A stretch of DNA of 64,000 bases from an uncultured Candidatus Saccharibacteria bacterium (GTDB lineage Bacteria; Patescibacteriota; Minisyncoccia; Phycocordibacterales; UBA9973). The DNA is taken from assembly GCA_964625065.1 (NCBI GenBank), contig CAZUZL010000001.1:40132-104131 (forward strand). Reading direction: 5' to 3'. A program made the position numbers and the translations under genes. Numbering within the stretch: position 1 is the first letter of the stretch; every line of letters starts with the position of its first letter. The notes under the pieces were generated by a model. That model had not been told where the DNA came from, made no database searches, and saw only the letters and a list, made by a program, of their open reading frames with translations. Shown one piece after another: positions 29,542-39,537 of the stretch.

Positions 29542-29988
29542 TTATTCAACCTTTATTGTTCTAAAGCTAGAACAGCATTCTGAATCGTCCGAACAACATT
29601 CGACAGAAATTTGTTCATCGGAAGGTTCGGGATAATCCTCCTTAAAATACTCTTTAGCAATATCGGGTAATTTTAAAGCGTCACTTTCTTTTTTAGATTC
29701 TTCGGAATCAAATGGTTGGTGATGAAGCATTTTACCATATATCATATCGCAGTGTCTGCTATATAGTTTAGTATTTAAAATGTGTTGATGCCATACATCA
29801 TCTACATCTTTGGTTGGGATTATAGGTTTCTCTTGAACTGCTGTAATGTACAAATATTGTCTGTACCTTATGAGTGCATTTTTAATCCTTTGGTCTGACC
29901 AATCAAGTTTCTTTTGAATCTGTTTGGTTAAAAAATCCATATCAATTGACTGGATTGTTGTAAGTAAGTGGTCGTCGATTTTATGCAT
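29542..29988 (-). CDS. Glycine-rich-domain (GRDP)-like protein with Cys-pair tail
   Basis: PTKDVDDVWHQHILNT..Y...C...G..LHHQP motif. Confidence 0.7.
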   Translation of the reverse strand: MHKIDDHLLTTIQSIDMDFLTKQIQKKLDWSDQRIKNALIRYRQYLYITAVQEKPIIPTKDVDDVWHQHILNTKLYSRHCDMIYGKMLHHQPFDSEESKKESDALKLPDIAKEYFKEDYPEPSDEQISVECCSDDSECCSSFRTIKVE

Positions 29989-30132
29989 AAAAAATGTATT
30001 AAAATTTGAATATTCTATGAGTTGGATACAGAATATAACATTATATAAATTTTGTCAAGTATAATTTTAATTCAAGATGTTGTTATGGAAACAAATAAAA
30101 AACCACTGGGTATCTCCTAGTGGTTTTTTATT

Positions 30133-31368
30133 TTAAAGTTTTTTATACCAAGCAAAGCTTTTGCCCTTTTTGATTATATACAAACCATTGTTGTTAGATA
30201 AACCGTCTAGTGTTGCGCCGTCGGTGATTTTTGTACCGCCGACTGAAACAGAACCTTGTTCTATTAGTGTACGGGCTTCACGTTTAGATGTAGCTAGGTT
30301 TAGTTCTACCAACACATCTACAACATCGTTACTACTACCAACTGCGCCTGGTACTTCTGACTGTATCATTTCTATTGCATTAGAACTTACTGTATTACTT
30401 AATGCGTCACCGAACAATACACCTGACACTTCTGCAGCTGCATTTGCTTTATCTGCACCATGGACCATTGTTGTAACTGCCATTGCAAGTTTTTTCTGCC
30501 CTGAACGTGCACTTGGGTTTGCATTATGTTCTGCAACTATGTTTTGTATTTCGTCTAAACTGTAGTCAGTGTAAACTTTTAAAAAGTTTTCTACACCTTC
30601 GTCTGTTGCATTAAACCAAAACTGGTAGAACATGTACGGGCTGGTTTTAGTAGCGTCTAACCATACTGCACCACCTTCAGACTTACCAAACTTTTTACCA
30701 GTTTTAGGGTCTACAACTAACGGTGCGGTTATGACATACACATCGGCGCCTTCTTTTTTATGAACAAGTTCTATACCAGCTACCATGTTACCCCATTGGT
30801 CAGATGCACCTATTTGTACTGTACAGTTTTTATTTTTAAACAAATACCAGAAATCGTACGCCTGTAACAAACTATATGAAAATTCTGTATAAGAGAAAAA
30901 GTTTTCAGATTCCAATCTAGTTTTAATAGATTCACGGCCCAGCAATGTATGCACTGAAAAATATTTACCAACATCACGAAGGAACTCTACCGTAGACATT
31001 GGTTGTGTCCAGTCGTAGTTGTTTACCATGTCAAAATGCCCGTCGCCAAACAGTGTGGTAATTTGTTTTTTCAAAGCCATTGCATTTTGTGCAACTTGTT
31101 CTGTTGTTAGTAGGTTGCGTTCGTCGCTTTTGCCAGACGGGTCGCCTATCATACCTGTAGCGCCACCTAGTAGTACAACTACATTATGGCCTGCCTGTTT
31201 AAGGCGTTTAAGTAACATAAATACAGCCAAATGCCCCACGTGCAACGAATCTGCTGTTGGGTCTGTGCCTAGGTATATGGTGCGTGGTTCGTTTATATAA
31301 CTTGCAACACTTTCGTTAGAAACTTGTTGCACATGCCCGCGAGCCACTAATTGTTCATATAATGTCAT
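30133..31368 (-). CDS. tyrS: Tyrosine--tRNA ligase
   Basis: DPTADSLHVGH, QIGASDQWGN, KFGKS; C-terminal S4 domain. Confidence 0.97.
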   Translation of the reverse strand: MTLYEQLVARGHVQQVSNESVASYINEPRTIYLGTDPTADSLHVGHLAVFMLLKRLKQAGHNVVVLLGGATGMIGDPSGKSDERNLLTTEQVAQNAMALKKQITTLFGDGHFDMVNNYDWTQPMSTVEFLRDVGKYFSVHTLLGRESIKTRLESENFFSYTEFSYSLLQAYDFWYLFKNKNCTVQIGASDQWGNMVAGIELVHKKEGADVYVITAPLVVDPKTGKKFGKSEGGAVWLDATKTSPYMFYQFWFNATDEGVENFLKVYTDYSLDEIQNIVAEHNANPSARSGQKKLAMAVTTMVHGADKANAAAEVSGVLFGDALSNTVSSNAIEMIQSEVPGAVGSSNDVVDVLVELNLATSKREARTLIEQGSVSVGGTKITDGATLDGLSNNNGLYIIKKGKSFAWYKKL

Positions 31369-31448
31369 ACATATATAGTACACGAAAATTTCACGGTGTA
31401 AACAAAAAAGCCTGTAAACAATGTCTACAGGCTTCTAATATTAGAACT

Positions 31449-32387
31449 TTATTTTTTACCAAAGAATGAAATAATTCTTTGGTCTAATATTGCAATTTCA
31501 TCAATTAAGTCAATCTTTTGATACTTTAATCGTTCTATGATGGAGGTCTTTACACCTACTGCCGTTTCCAAGTCATAAGTTTGTACTTTTTTCTGCATAA
31601 AGGCAATTGACTTTTGTTTCAAATCAACATGCAGATCAACAAAAAACTTTCTATTCATTGAATCATTATCAGGGAAATACCCGAAATCAGATATTCTATA
31701 ACGGGCAAATGCTATAAATTTATGAAAATCACCGTCTGCTCTTTCCATCTGTTCTTCGGCAACAGTAATGGTCTTTTTTGTAGACTCAGAATGAGCTTCA
31801 AGGAATTTTTGAAAAAAATCTTCCCACTTACTAGATCGTGGCGAAAGCAATAATTCGTATGCTTTATCCCAGATTTCAAGATCGTATAAATTTATAGATT
31901 TGGTCAACATATCAATCTGACGAAGCAGTGCATCAAAAAATATTTCGTTTATTTCAGTCGGACTGGTCATTTGAAAAAAGTTTTTTTCTTCCTCGGAATT
32001 CAATAACTTTCGATACATGTCGTAATCTAATATAAAATAATTACGATTTTCATCCTTACCTGTAATCCACTTGTTCATAAACTTTTCAAACAATTGTATT
32101 TTTTCTTCTCTAGTAATACATTGTTCGTCGGATTTTACGTCATAATATGATTTTGGAAGGTAAAGAGCTCTAACAAAACTCTCCGTAAAAGACATTGTTT
32201 CAATTAAGTTGTTAAACATATCCATTACCTGTTTCTTGTTTAATAAATTTTCTTTTCTACTCAATGCATTTGAAAGAATAAAAAATTTTGCATTACATGT
32301 TTTATCCGATGACTGATTGTGGTCAAGGTAACTTCCTAATCCATCGAGGTTGTAGCCATTAAAGGGGTCAATTTTTTGTGCTTTCAT
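31449..32387 (-). CDS. Hypothetical protein (ORFan)
   Basis: 312-aa ORF flanked by terminator hairpins. Confidence 0.7.
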   Translation of the reverse strand: MKAQKIDPFNGYNLDGLGSYLDHNQSSDKTCNAKFFILSNALSRKENLLNKKQVMDMFNNLIETMSFTESFVRALYLPKSYYDVKSDEQCITREEKIQLFEKFMNKWITGKDENRNYFILDYDMYRKLLNSEEEKNFFQMTSPTEINEIFFDALLRQIDMLTKSINLYDLEIWDKAYELLLSPRSSKWEDFFQKFLEAHSESTKKTITVAEEQMERADGDFHKFIAFARYRISDFGYFPDNDSMNRKFFVDLHVDLKQKSIAFMQKKVQTYDLETAVGVKTSIIERLKYQKIDLIDEIAILDQRIISFFGKK

Positions 32388-32499
32388 GATATATATTTAA
32401 TTTTAAAATTTACTCTATTAAACCACATTTTAAAAAACATTGCAAACAAAAAACTTGGAAGCCAGGCTTCCAAGTTTTTTATATCTGTTTCGTGTAACG

Positions 32500-34263
32500 C
32501 TAGCCCAGTGTTGCCTTTAGGCGGCGCACTCCTTGTGAAACCGATTCTTCTTTACCTATTGTTACGTGGCCTATGTCAGCTGTATTTGTAACGTGTGGCC
32601 CACCACAGAATTCTTTCGACACATACGCATCAGCAGGGTCCTGTATTGTATAGACACTAACTACGTCTGGGTACTTGGCACCGAACTCCATTTCTGCACC
32701 CAGTGCCTCTGCCTCGGCCTTTGGCATTTCGCGACGAATAACGGGTAAACCTGCACTGACCCAACCGTTTACCAAGTCTTCTACCCTTTTCTTTTCTTCG
32801 TCTGTTACCTTTCTGTCGAATGCAAAATCTATGCGTAAACGTTCTTCTGTAATGTTACTACCTTTTTGTTTAACAGATTTACCTAACACTTCTTGCAACG
32901 CAGCTAAAACCAAATGGTGTGCAGTGTGTAGTTTTATAGTTTGTTCATTTGTATTTGCAAGGCCGCCGCGGAACATACCTGCAGATGCAGACTGAGAAAG
33001 TTTTTGGTGTTCCTTCATTTGTGCATCAAACTTTGCACGGTCTATTGTTATGCCTTTTTCTTTTGCTAATTCTTCGGTAAGTTCAATCGGAAAACCATAT
33101 GTGGTTGCAAGCACGAATGGGTCTACACCACGTTCGAATTCCTTCAAGCCTAATTCTAGTGTTTTTCTAAACTTTAATTCTTCTACTCTAATCACTTCAT
33201 GAATATGTTGTTCATTTTCATGGGTAAAATTCTTAAAATATATTTCTTTGTATTTATAGAAAAATGAAGCCACCATCTTTACAAGTGTAAAGTTACTCCA
33301 AAATCCAAGTTGGTCTGATCGTAAAACTGCTCGTCTTATAAGACGACGTAACACATACCCCTGATCTTTATTACTCGGTATTACACCGTCAGCTATTAAA
33401 AAAGTAGCTGTTCGCATATGATCCATCACTATTCTCATTAATTTCTCAGAGTACTTATCTCCTGAAATACTCTTGAGATTAATTTTTATATCTTCAAATA
33501 TATCCGTATCATATGCAGTCTTCTTGCCTTGCATTACAGCAGTTATACGTTCTAAGCCTGCACCAGTGTCTACGTTTTTCTGGGCTAGTTTACCTATTAC
33601 CTTTCCGTCTTTCTTTTCAAATTCCATGAAAACGTCGTTCCAGATTTCGATAAAGTTTTCAGATTTAACTTGTTCAACAAATTCTTCTTTACTTAAAACT
33701 TTTCCAACAAACATTTCTTCCATGTCGTAGAACATTTCAGAACATGGGCCACATGGGCCGTTGTCGCCTGGGCTCCAGAAGTTGTCTTCTGCAGGTAGTG
33801 CATATATGCGGTGTTCGGGTATACCTAACGACATCCATATATTTTTTGATTCTTCATCTAGTGGTGCACTTTCGTCACCTTCGAAAATTGTAACTGCAAG
33901 TCTGTTTGCATCTAAGCCTAAACCTTCTTCTTTGCTAGTTAAAAATTCGTAACTCCATTTTATGGCGTCTTCCTTAAAGTAGTCGCCCAAAGACCAGTTA
34001 CCCATCATTTCAAAAAAAGAAAAATGTCTGTTGTCGCCAATGTCGTCTAGGTCGCCTGTACGTACACATTTTTGTACATCAGCAATACGTGTACCCATTG
34101 GGTGTTTTGTACCCATCAAATATGGTACCAACGGTTGCATGCCGGCAGTATTAAAAAGCACCGAAGGGTCGTTTTCAGGCACAAGTGAAGCCGACGGTAT
34201 AATAGCGTGGCCCCGTTTAGCAAAAAAGTCTAAAAACTTTTTACGAATTTCTGTTGAAGTCAT
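32500..34263 (-). CDS. alaS: Alanine--tRNA ligase, shortened form lacking C-Ala domain
   Basis: F..AGMQP, FEMMGNWS.GDYFK, DTG.GLER; editing HTAHH and CGGPH; true start MTSTEIR at 34263. Confidence 0.96.
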   Translation of the reverse strand: MTSTEIRKKFLDFFAKRGHAIIPSASLVPENDPSVLFNTAGMQPLVPYLMGTKHPMGTRIADVQKCVRTGDLDDIGDNRHFSFFEMMGNWSLGDYFKEDAIKWSYEFLTSKEEGLGLDANRLAVTIFEGDESAPLDEESKNIWMSLGIPEHRIYALPAEDNFWSPGDNGPCGPCSEMFYDMEEMFVGKVLSKEEFVEQVKSENFIEIWNDVFMEFEKKDGKVIGKLAQKNVDTGAGLERITAVMQGKKTAYDTDIFEDIKINLKSISGDKYSEKLMRIVMDHMRTATFLIADGVIPSNKDQGYVLRRLIRRAVLRSDQLGFWSNFTLVKMVASFFYKYKEIYFKNFTHENEQHIHEVIRVEELKFRKTLELGLKEFERGVDPFVLATTYGFPIELTEELAKEKGITIDRAKFDAQMKEHQKLSQSASAGMFRGGLANTNEQTIKLHTAHHLVLAALQEVLGKSVKQKGSNITEERLRIDFAFDRKVTDEEKKRVEDLVNGWVSAGLPVIRREMPKAEAEALGAEMEFGAKYPDVVSVYTIQDPADAYVSKEFCGGPHVTNTADIGHVTIGKEESVSQGVRRLKATLG

Positions 34264-34303
34264 ATGGGTATAATCTAGCATAAAAAATGGGTATAATAAA
34301 GAA

Positions 34304-34732
34304 ATGAGAAACCCCCACTCGGCCTCCCCCTTATCAAGGGGAGGAGAAAAACATCCATTTATACCATATAAAAAAGAACTCCCTGAAAAAGCACGAGAGT
34401 TAAGAAATAATGTAACAAAGGCAGAAGAAAAATTATGGCATGAAGTTTTAAGAAACAAGCAATTTTTAGGATTTAGATTTGTGCGACAAAAGCCATTGAA
34501 ATATTTTATTGCAGATTTTTATTGTGCCAAACTTATGCTTGTTATAGAAGTGGATGGTAGTGTACACAACAAAATAAAAGAACGAGATGCTGAGAGAACA
34601 GAAATATTAAAAGGAATACATAATATAAAAGTGGTTCGATATACAAATGAAAATATTCTAAAAAGAATTGGCTGGGTTAAAGAAAGTTTAGAAAAAGAAA
34701 TTATTCAAAGAGAAACTGAACTTTCACAATAA
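34304..34732 (+). CDS. DUF559 / very-short-patch-repair-like endonuclease
   Basis: ARELR...T.AE..LW..LR, F.RQKP...FIADFYC...LVIEVDG..H..RD..R. Confidence 0.92.
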   Translation: MRNPHSASPLSRGGEKHPFIPYKKELPEKARELRNNVTKAEEKLWHEVLRNKQFLGFRFVRQKPLKYFIADFYCAKLMLVIEVDGSVHNKIKERDAERTEILKGIHNIKVVRYTNENILKRIGWVKESLEKEIIQRETELSQ

Positions 34733-34780
34733 GCAGTTAAATTCCCTCCCTTGATAAGGGGAGGGTTAGGGTGGGGTTTC
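34308..34780. repeat. REP-like inverted hairpin repeats framing the DUF559 gene (34308-34348 and 34742-34780)
   Basis: gaaacccccactcggcctcccccttatcaaggggaggagaa vs ttccctcccttgataaggggagggttagggtggggtttc. Confidence 0.8.
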
Positions 34781-34901
34781 TTGTTATTTTGCATACATAT
34801 ATAATGTATGCTATAGTCCATGTATTACCTGTCACTTCTGTGCCAGGCATTTTTATTAAAAATTAAATAATGGGGAGTTTCCCTAAAAACTAAATAAATA
34901 T

Positions 34902-36176
34902 ATGTTTGATTTAAAGACAATGAAATTGGCGATGGACCAATTGGAACAAGAAAAGAAAATACCAAAAGACAAAATACTAGAAGCTATCGAACATTCGTTA
35001 GCTGCAGCTTATAAAAAAGAATACGGAAAGAAAGGCCAGATAGTACGTTGTAAGTTTAACTTAGACGACGGTACTACTAGTTTCTACCAAGTTAAAATAA
35101 CTGTAGACGAATCTGTTGTTCGTATTGTTGCCGAAGGTGAAGAAGAAACTGAGATAGTAGCCGAAGGCGACGAACGTTCACGGTACAACGAAGAACACCA
35201 CATAATGATAGACGATGCACGTCGTATAAAGGAAAACGCTCAACTAGAAGACGAAGTTATATTTCCATTAGAAGACAAAGCCGACTTTGGCCGTATTGCT
35301 GCACAAACTGCAAAGCAAGTTATAATTCAGAAAATCCGTGATGCAGAACGCAGTACTATAATCGACGAATACGGTAGTAAAGAAGGCGAAATAGTTCATG
35401 GACATGTAGAAAAATTTGAAAACGGAATTGTATATGTAGACTTCAACCGTGCCAAAGGTATAATACCTCGCGAAGAACAAATTCCTGGTGAACGTTTCGA
35501 ACGTGGCGACAGAATCAGTGCGTACCTATTTTCTGTAGAGGAAGGCATGCGTGGAGTTAACCTACGACTGTCACGTTCACACCCACAGTTTGTTAAAGCT
35601 TTGTTTGAAATCGAAGCCCCTGAAATAGCAACTGGTGTTGTAGAAATAAAATCTATTGCCCGCGAAGCCGGTAGTAGAACTAAAATAGCAGTTTCATCGA
35701 ACGACCCACACGTAGACCCGACAGGTGCATGTGTTGGCGGACGTGGTGTACGCGTTACAACAGTAACCAACGAAATCAACGGTGAAAAAATCGACGTTAT
35801 CGAATGGTCAGAAGACCCAGCCATATATGTAGCCAAGGCTTTAGCCCCTGCAAAAGTATTAGACATACAAATAGACGAAGCTGAACACCAAGCAAAAGTT
35901 GAAGTTGCCGAAGACCAACTTTCATTAGCTATCGGTAAGGGCGGACAAAACGTACGCCTAGCAGCAAAACTTACTGGATGGCGTATTGATATCAAGGGTC
36001 AAAAAGGTGAAGTTATACAAGGAGGCGACGATATTTTCGGTGACGTAGAGGCAGAAGAAAGCGACGCTGAAATAGAAGAAACAGTTGCGGAAGACAAAAC
36101 TATACCTGAAGAAAACACAGTGACTGAAGTTCTAGAAGAAGTTGAAAAAGTTATCGAAGAAGAAACAAAAGAGTAA
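34902..36176 (+). CDS. nusA: Transcription termination factor NusA
   Basis: FGRIAAQTAKQV, AREAGSRTKIAV, LAIGKGGQNVRLA. Confidence 0.98.
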   Translation: MFDLKTMKLAMDQLEQEKKIPKDKILEAIEHSLAAAYKKEYGKKGQIVRCKFNLDDGTTSFYQVKITVDESVVRIVAEGEEETEIVAEGDERSRYNEEHHIMIDDARRIKENAQLEDEVIFPLEDKADFGRIAAQTAKQVIIQKIRDAERSTIIDEYGSKEGEIVHGHVEKFENGIVYVDFNRAKGIIPREEQIPGERFERGDRISAYLFSVEEGMRGVNLRLSRSHPQFVKALFEIEAPEIATGVVEIKSIAREAGSRTKIAVSSNDPHVDPTGACVGGRGVRVTTVTNEINGEKIDVIEWSEDPAIYVAKALAPAKVLDIQIDEAEHQAKVEVAEDQLSLAIGKGGQNVRLAAKLTGWRIDIKGQKGEVIQGGDDIFGDVEAEESDAEIEETVAEDKTIPEENTVTEVLEEVEKVIEEETKE

Positions 36177-36245
36177 TTTTATTAATCTAATTTAAGAGGT
36201 TACTGAACTCACTGTAAACTGTTCACTGACCACTGTTAACTATTT

Positions 36246-36839
36246 ATGGCCAACATAGACCACAAACCAAGTAAGTTCATGATGAACTTACTACACATAT
36301 TGCCACCATATACTAATGGCGACAAAACAACTGTAAACGCACTTATAGAAATAAACCCTTCAACTATAAATAAGTACGAATTTATAACTGAAACCGGACA
36401 TTTGAAACTAGACCGCGTTGGATATTCGTCTCTTGCATACCCTATTACCTACGGTGCTATACCCCAAACATGGGACCACGACGGCGACATGTTAGACATA
36501 GTTATAGCAAACGTAACTGAACCACTTATACCAGGTTCATTAGCAGAAGCCCGCATAATAGGTGTAATGGAATTCGAAGACAGTGGCGAACGCGACGACA
36601 AGATAATTGCCGTTCTAGCCGACGACAAACGTATGGACCACATAACCCACTACGAACAACTAGGCGAACACTGGCAGGACGAAACCATGCACTATTTCGA
36701 ACACTACAAAGACCTTAAAAAACCTGGTTTATGTAAAGTGTTAGGTTTCTATGGTGTAACCGAAGCCGTAGCTATAGTCGACGACTGTGCTAACCGTTAC
36801 AACACAGATTACTTACCTAAGTTTGAAAAAGAGGCTTAA
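36246..36839 (+). CDS. ppa: Inorganic pyrophosphatase (family I)
   Basis: NKYE, LDR, YP..YG.IPQT..DGD.LD, D.GERDDKI. Confidence 0.95.
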   Translation: MANIDHKPSKFMMNLLHILPPYTNGDKTTVNALIEINPSTINKYEFITETGHLKLDRVGYSSLAYPITYGAIPQTWDHDGDMLDIVIANVTEPLIPGSLAEARIIGVMEFEDSGERDDKIIAVLADDKRMDHITHYEQLGEHWQDETMHYFEHYKDLKKPGLCKVLGFYGVTEAVAIVDDCANRYNTDYLPKFEKEA

Positions 36840-36850
36840 AAACCTCAGAT

Positions 36851-36881
36851 AAAAAGCACCCCCTTGGCGGGGTGCTTTTTT
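36851..36881 (+). terminator. Intrinsic terminator
   Basis: aaaaagcacccc...ggggtgcttttt. Confidence 0.8.
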
Positions 36882-36918
36882 GTAATATTATGCTAGTATG
36901 AACGTCATCATGTACGTA

Positions 36919-37449
36919 ATGAAGGAATTAGTTAAAAAATGCTTAATAGGTATCGCCTTCCTCACCCTTTTTGCTGGGGGTCTTGCACATGCCGAGACTA
37001 CAGACAATAAGGCCGGAACTGACACCAAAGAAGTAATAAAAGCTGACAAACCAGCCTCTCTTACTGCCAAGGAACAACGCGACCAATACGAAGCTATATA
37101 CAAACAATTGACCAAAGTGTATACAAAAATAGCCGATGGCGTAGACAAACTACAAGCAGCAGACGAAGACACAATTGCAATAGAAAAGAAACTCCTAGAT
37201 GCTAAAAAGTCTCTATTAGATGCAGATAAAATACTACATCCTAAACTAGAAACAAAGGCTGACATTAAAAGCGACTCTAAGGTAGACAGTACAAAAACAG
37301 ATGTTGTTACTACAACTACATTAACACTGGTAGACACAAACAAGAAACCAGTAGTTAAGAAAGACATCAAAAACGTACTCGAAACTGCCCAAAAGCAACT
37401 TAAAGAATCTCTAAATCTATTAAAAGAATTCATTATCGATTCGAACTAA
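36919..37449 (+). CDS. Secreted coiled-coil hypothetical protein
   Basis: Signal peptide ending AHA; helical Lys/Asp-rich body. Confidence 0.75.
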   Translation: MKELVKKCLIGIAFLTLFAGGLAHAETTDNKAGTDTKEVIKADKPASLTAKEQRDQYEAIYKQLTKVYTKIADGVDKLQAADEDTIAIEKKLLDAKKSLLDADKILHPKLETKADIKSDSKVDSTKTDVVTTTTLTLVDTNKKPVVKKDIKNVLETAQKQLKESLNLLKEFIIDSN

Positions 37450-37505
37450 CGAATAAACACATAAAAAAACCCGGAACAATGTTCCGGTTTTGTGTTTTAA
37501 AAATA

Positions 37506-37536
37506 TTGACATAAGTATATACATTGTATATACTTA
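37506..37536 (+). promoter_or_regulatory. Promoter with overlapping palindromic operator of the mazEF-like module
   Basis: TTGACA followed by taagtatataca-t-tgtatatactta containing TATACT. Confidence 0.75.
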
Positions 37537-37540
37537 ATGC

Positions 37541-37780
37541 ATGACTACAACAATACAAAAATGGGGTAATAGTTTAGGGGTACGAATTCCTAAAAACATA
37601 GCTACTAATATGGGTCTAAAGGCTGGTAGTGGTGTTTTTGTTTCTGAAAAAGACGGAATTATGATTTTAGAGAAAAAATCAAAATTACTGAATCTTAAAA
37701 AAGCTATGAAAGACTACACACCTGAAAATTACCACCAAGAAGTCGACTGGGGTACCCCTGTCGGTAAAGAAATATGGTAA
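37541..37780 (+). CDS. mazE: AbrB/MazE-family antitoxin
   Basis: IQKWGNSLGVRIP...E.DWG.PVGKEIW. Confidence 0.92.
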   Translation: MTTTIQKWGNSLGVRIPKNIATNMGLKAGSGVFVSEKDGIMILEKKSKLLNLKKAMKDYTPENYHQEVDWGTPVGKEIW

Positions 37781-38109
37781 AAAAATATATTCCAAAACAG
37801 GGTGACATTATTCTGATATCTTTTGACCCAACAGTCGGACATGAACAACGCGGTAGTCGCCCAGCTATTGTTGTGTCTGCCACAGAGTACAACACTCGTA
37901 CTGGTATGATGCTTGTGTGTCCAGTAACATCTAAGGGTAAAGGTTATATTTTTGAAGTAAAAATTAAAGGAAATAAAATAAACGGGTTTATATTAGTAGA
38001 CCAAATTCGTTCAATGGACTGGTTCGCACGAAAACCAAAATTTGTAGAGAAATGCAAGACAGAAGAACTTTCACAAATCAAACTACTAATAGCAAGTTTA
38101 GTACAATAA
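37774..38109 (+). CDS. mazF: PemK/MazF-family mRNA interferase toxin
   Basis: GDI....FDP..GHEQRG.RPA.VVS, DQIRS.DW..R; overlaps antitoxin. Confidence 0.93.
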   Translation: MVKKYIPKQGDIILISFDPTVGHEQRGSRPAIVVSATEYNTRTGMMLVCPVTSKGKGYIFEVKIKGNKINGFILVDQIRSMDWFARKPKFVEKCKTEELSQIKLLIASLVQ

Positions 38110-38183
38110 CGTAATGAAGAAACACCTTCCAGCAATGGAGGGTGTTTTTTGACAAAAGGCCTATTTTCTACTACACTATTGCC

Positions 38184-39269
38184 ATGTCAAAAGAAATAAA
38201 ACCCATAAAAACAGCAGTGGAAAAACAACCAGGCAGTAACGTAGAAGTCAAAGTAACACTTGCTTGGGCTGACGTTGCTAGTTATAAAGACGCAGTTATG
38301 TTGTCTATTCAGAAAGACTACGAAGCCGACGGTTTCCGTAAAGGCAATGTGCCTATTGCAACTATAGAGAAAAACGTTTCTGCTTCTCTTGTAAACGAAA
38401 TGATGGCCGAAGAAGCCCTAAACGATATATACCCTACTATACTAAAAGACAACAACATTGACGCTCTTGGACGACCTGAAGTTATATTTACAAAACTAGC
38501 CGATGGTAACGATGTAGAATGCACCATTAAAACTGCGGTATACCCAGAATTTACACTACCTGATTACAAAAAAATTGCTAAGACTGTTGTAAAAGAAGTT
38601 GTAGAACCAAAAGAAGGCTTTGCAGCTACAGACGAAGAAGTAACACAAGCATTCAAAGAACTGCAACATATGCGCGCCCACCAAGAAATGCACAAGGAAG
38701 GTGGCCACGATGAACACGACCACAACCATGCACCGATAGATGAAAAAGACTACCCTGAAGTAAACGAAGCATTTGCAGGAAGTTTCGGTTTCGAAGACTT
38801 AGAAAAAATGCGTGAAAAAGTTCGCGAAAATCTTAAGAAAGAAAAAGAACAAAAACACTCAGAGAAAAAGCGTTTAGCTATAGTTGAAAAAGTTATCGAA
38901 GAAACAACCATCGACATACCACAATCAATAATAGACACTGAACTAGACCAAATGGTAGCCCGCATGCGCCACGATATACAAATGATGGGTATGGTATTCG
39001 ACGACTACCTAGTGCACCTGAAGAAAACAGAAGCCGAACTACGCACAGACTACACACCAGACGCAATAAAACGTGCAAAACTGAACTTTATCGTAGAAAA
39101 ACTAGCATTGTCTGAAAACCTTAAACCAACAGACGAAGAAACAGAAAAAGAAATCCAAAAAATAATGGAAGCCTACCCCGACGCAGACCGTACCAGTGCA
39201 ACCATGTACATAACAACAACACTGACAAACCAAAAAGTTTTTGACTTCCTAGAAAAATCAGCGCAGTAG
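38184..39269 (+). CDS. tig: Trigger factor (PPIase domain largely absent)
   Basis: GFRKG ribosome-binding motif; C-terminal domain; only about 361 aa. Confidence 0.9.
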   Translation: MSKEIKPIKTAVEKQPGSNVEVKVTLAWADVASYKDAVMLSIQKDYEADGFRKGNVPIATIEKNVSASLVNEMMAEEALNDIYPTILKDNNIDALGRPEVIFTKLADGNDVECTIKTAVYPEFTLPDYKKIAKTVVKEVVEPKEGFAATDEEVTQAFKELQHMRAHQEMHKEGGHDEHDHNHAPIDEKDYPEVNEAFAGSFGFEDLEKMREKVRENLKKEKEQKHSEKKRLAIVEKVIEETTIDIPQSIIDTELDQMVARMRHDIQMMGMVFDDYLVHLKKTEAELRTDYTPDAIKRAKLNFIVEKLALSENLKPTDEETEKEIQKIMEAYPDADRTSATMYITTTLTNQKVFDFLEKSAQ

Positions 39270-39308
39270 ATTATAGAAATAAAAACTCCCTTAGGGGGTG
39301 TTTTTATT

Positions 39309-39494
39309 TCCCCTACTTGTGGAGGAGGTGAGCTTGTGGGTAGGGACCCGTAAGTGCAAGACCTTGAGTATCTGTAGCTAAGATGCGAAAGGTGTACAGC
39401 TTCAGTAAGAAGTGGCACTCCTGTGACGGGGTGGTGATTTACATGATTAGTCACCACCTCCCCCTACGGGTACTCCTCCTCAACAAGGAGGAGA
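39309..39494. repeat. REP-like doublet related to the DUF559-flanking hairpins
   Basis: tcccctacttgtggaggagg vs cctcctcaacaaggaggaga in inverted orientation; GC-rich non-coding interior. Confidence 0.6.
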
Positions 39495-39537
39495 TTAACA
39501 ACATTGAAAATTTCTTAAATAATGCTACTATATAGCC

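Noticed and set aside
34264-34458. 65-aa N-terminal extension of AlaRS
   Set aside because: Antisense to the DUF559 gene and its repeat; AlaRS homology begins at 34263
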